DNA of 64,000 nucleotides from Podospora anserina (Eukaryota): NCBI GenBank assembly GCA_017654855.1, contig CM030336.1, positions 372,001 to 436,000 of the forward strand, read 5' to 3'. Shown piece by piece: positions 61,266 to 64,000 of this stretch (position 1 is its first letter; each line of letters starts with the position of its first letter). The notes under the pieces were generated by a model. It saw only the letters and a program-made list of their open reading frames with translations, ran no database searches and was not told where the DNA came from. The position numbers and the translations under genes were made by a program.

Positions 61266-61571
61266 ATGGTCGAAGAGAAGAAACACACTGTTACTGAGAA
61301 AGAGGATGTTCAGAAGGACCCTAAGACGACTAGCAACAATGGTAAAACCTCAAACTACGCCTCCACTGCTGTCCCCAGGCTGAGCATCTGCAGCAAGTTC
61401 GTTCTGCAAGCGCCCTTGCCCCAACCCGCCTGGTTTTTGCGGCCACTGTTTGGCCGGTTTGACGAAATAAACAACAACTACCCGGTCATTATTTGGGATG
61501 CACTGAGGGATAAAACGGGAAGGTTGGGACACTCATACGGGGGGAATGACATGACAAGGGAGTGCCAGTGA
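61266..61571 (+). CDS. Hypothetical small protein
   Basis: ATG in a good context (accATGG); a 101-aa ORF with no motif. Confidence 0.25.
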   Translation: MVEEKKHTVTEKEDVQKDPKTTSNNGKTSNYASTAVPRLSICSKFVLQAPLPQPAWFLRPLFGRFDEINNNYPVIIWDALRDKTGRLGHSYGGNDMTRECQ

Positions 61572-62578
61572 TAGTTAACTATTGCTTGATCTATGACTTT
61601 TGGTTCAAGAACAAAACCTGGTAGATGAACAGCGTTCCTGCCGTGACGTGCCAGGAGCTATCACCCCGGTCTTTACCCCAATTGAAGACATGGAAGTGCA
61701 CGATGATATGGGCAAGTAACTGAATAGTGGCGAAAAATGCGCGAGAAGTTTGGTGATCCCTGCTTACCTTTTATACTGGCAGGTGTGGTGTTTGTTGATG
61801 GTTTGCAGTTTGGCTGGTTGCAGGAGTGGTACCTACTAGTGACTACAATAAATCCGGGCTTTCGCCCAGTTGTTCACCGCTTGCAAATTTCGGGCAGTTT
61901 AGTGAAGACCACTTCAAGTTTGCCACATTTCTCTTGACTCGAAGCAAAAGTCCACGTCTTTCTCCACAGATCGCTCACCGCTTGTATCTTCTCTGCGAGA
62001 CCGTATCCTTGACTACGCTTTGCTTCATCCACAATGCACCCCGACCATCCTGTCAACAAGTCGCAGCGGAATAAGAACTCAACCCGGCTGGATGGCCTGG
62101 ACCTCATCAGTACGTAGGTGCGTCCCTAGCCATTCTACACTATCACTGTAGAACGCTTATCGCGCGTGTTTCTTGTCAGGGCGGCCCGGATGTCAAAGGA
62201 ATAACGCGCCTATCTATGTCCAACTTAAGAATCCGCGCTCGTTTCTTTGTGACCCCTCAGGGGCGTGCCTGGCCTCTACCGAGATATAGATAGAACAAAG
62301 CCAACAATTTGGCTTCAAAGAGCGGCCGGGCTCGTACCCATCGGCAAATATTGGAATTTAGTGTCACGAGGAGAAGGATCATCGTCATAATAAAGAGATC
62401 AATAGACTACTTTCCCTGAGCGATGGGTCTCACCTGCGTCGCCTTGCGGGCTGGAACCGTACCTTTGTCGGAGATGCTATTTCAACCCATTCATATAAGG
62501 CCGGCCCAGCGCTCCTCTCATCCGAAGACCATCTTTTGACTTCTCTTGTCATCTCTGTCCGCTTCCAAAAAAGAAACC

Positions 62579-63544
62579 ATGAGAATTCCATCCGCCATCG
62601 CTGCCATCCTAGTGGCCGTTGCCTCCTTCTCCCCCGCTGGTGCCGTCCCCGTCGTTAGCGACGTCGAAGCCCGCGAGGCTGACCCATGGGGCCCGGTCTG
62701 CTTTTATGTTGCTAGGCAGCCCAAGAAGCCTTGCACCTACTGGAAGCAAAAGAGACAGGACACGCCGGTCATCACCAAGATGGGTCCCGGTCACGTCTAT
62801 GTCCCACCTCTCCGATTTGGCGGTCTTGGCCACGTCTCTGTTGCTCCTCTCCCTGCGACCAGGGTTCAGGTCATCCCCATTGAGGACCCGACTCCCGCCC
62901 CGGCACCGACTGGCAAGCTTCAGGTCATTCCTATTGAGAAGAGAGCCCCTGAGCCAACGTTCGTAACCACCTTCACCGTTCCTCTTCTGACCGGTCTGCT
63001 GACACCGGGTGTTACAGTCAGGCCCACGTTTAAGACGACGATCACCATCTCGCCAGAGGCCACCTCCACCAGGCTGTCAACTATGACGCCTATCAGAGTG
63101 ATCACTGTCACCCAGAAAATTTGGCCGGCTAGTCCTATTCCAACGTTCACCATCACATCCACTGCACCGCCAAGATCGATCCCAACGTTCACTATTACAT
63201 CCATTCCCACGCCTGCTGAGCCGACCTTGGAGAAACCTACCAACATCGATTTGACCTCCACCTTCCAGCCTTCGCCTACCCTGGAGGTACCAACCAACAT
63301 TGATCCGACTTCCACATTCAAGCCAAGTCCACCCCCAAGTCCAACTTTGATTACCAGCCTGAACTTGGGTCCTCTGGTACCTCCCACCACAACCCCAACG
63401 CCATCCCCAACACCCATCGCAATCCCCACCGAGGGATCGGAATTCAGTTCTCAACTCACCTTTCCACTACTTCCTCCCGTTACTGCTCGCGCGTTACATC
63501 CTTCCCACAAGGAGGTGATCATCGAGCTGAAGCCGGATGTTTAA
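62579..63544 (+). CDS. Secreted Pro/Thr-rich (mucin-like) protein with Kex2-type sites and internal repeats
   Basis: Signal peptide MRIPSAIAAILVAVASFSPAGA, two KR sites, and repeats QVIPIE x2, IPTFTITS x2 and PTLExPTNIDxTSTFxPS x2. TATA-like CATATAAG upstream. Confidence 0.75.
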   Translation: MRIPSAIAAILVAVASFSPAGAVPVVSDVEAREADPWGPVCFYVARQPKKPCTYWKQKRQDTPVITKMGPGHVYVPPLRFGGLGHVSVAPLPATRVQVIPIEDPTPAPAPTGKLQVIPIEKRAPEPTFVTTFTVPLLTGLLTPGVTVRPTFKTTITISPEATSTRLSTMTPIRVITVTQKIWPASPIPTFTITSTAPPRSIPTFTITSIPTPAEPTLEKPTNIDLTSTFQPSPTLEVPTNIDPTSTFKPSPPPSPTLITSLNLGPLVPPTTTPTPSPTPIAIPTEGSEFSSQLTFPLLPPVTARALHPSHKEVIIELKPDV

Positions 63545-63632
63545 ACCTGTCTTTTGCTTTCTTTGCAGATATAGTAATCCAAAAAAAAATGAATACAAGA
63601 ATGACTTCAACCAATCTTCGTGACATCCCTCC

Positions 63633-64000
63633 CTATTCATCCCCAAAGTCCTCCGTAACCATCCTAAAGACCTTATCCCCCTTATCAACCCTCACCACCC
63701 ACCTCCATCCCTCCTCCACTCCCTCCCTCCTCTTGATATCAACCTCAACATCCCTATCAGGAGCCATAATCTGCCCCGCAGCCCCCGTATTCCAACTGGT
63801 CGGCGCCTCCCACCCTTTCTCCTTGTCCACCGGCTCCATCTCCAACCTCGCGACAAAAACCGCCACCACAGCCAAAATCTCATTCGTAGCAAAGTGCCTT
63901 CCGGGGCAAAGCGTCTTGCCTCCTCCAAAGGTCCTAAAACAACTCTCCTTCGGGCGAGAAGATTTGTTTTCGGGCAGGAACCTCTCCGGGACAAAATCAT
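63633..64000 (-). CDS. Cytochrome P450, 3' end (CYP7-like group); the gene extends past the right edge
   Basis: The minus frame reads DFVPERFL...FRTFGGGKTLCPGRHFATNEIL, containing the PERF and heme-binding motifs. Stop at 63633. Confidence 0.9.
   Translation of the reverse strand, partial: DFVPERFLPENKSSRPKESCFRTFGGGKTLCPGRHFATNEILAVVAVFVARLEMEPVDKEKGWEAPTSWNTGAAGQIMAPDRDVEVDIKRREGVEEGWRWVVRVDKGDKVFRMVTEDFGDE

Noticed and set aside
1..64000. CRISPR arrays, rRNA genes or prokaryotic operons
   Set aside because: None seen; the sequence is eukaryotic with spliceosomal introns.

Overview
This is a gene-dense window from an intron-containing filamentous ascomycete. The GH26/CBM35 mannanase matches my recollection of Podospora anserina Man26A, so Podospora or a close Sordariales relative is likely. 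The left end carries housekeeping genes: a partial APC1/bimE, VPS41, an EF1Bgamma-type GST and an intron-containing tRNA-Ala(AGC). The rest looks accessory. It holds a divergent pair of a DszC/MsuC-like monooxygenase and an intronless SfnG-like monooxygenase, an SGNH-FN3 hydrolase, a secreted jacalin-aerolysin-LysM protein and two tandem paralogous GPI wall proteins. Next come a V8-type Glu-specific protease with a long tail, trihydroxynaphthalene reductase, an aromatic ammonia-lyase, a malate transporter, a sterol-desaturase-family hydroxylase, Man26A and two P450s. A nested repeat island contains a MITE-like inverted repeat, a RIP-like relic and a solo LTR with a 5-bp target-site duplication. 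The right part has an allantoate-permease-type MFS transporter, a desaturase-like protein, a type 2 NLP, a Gfo/Idh/MocA oxidoreductase, a DUF1304 protein, a PTH11-like receptor and secreted mucin-like proteins. The three best leads are: (1) a signal-less glutamyl endopeptidase whose own tail is a Glu-delimited polyprotein of amphipathic, antimicrobial-peptide-like helices; (2) a natterin/Dln1-type pore-forming toxin fused to LysM; (3) a bacterial-type dimethylsulfone sulfur-scavenging gene pair. All family assignments come from motif recognition by eye; no database searches were run.
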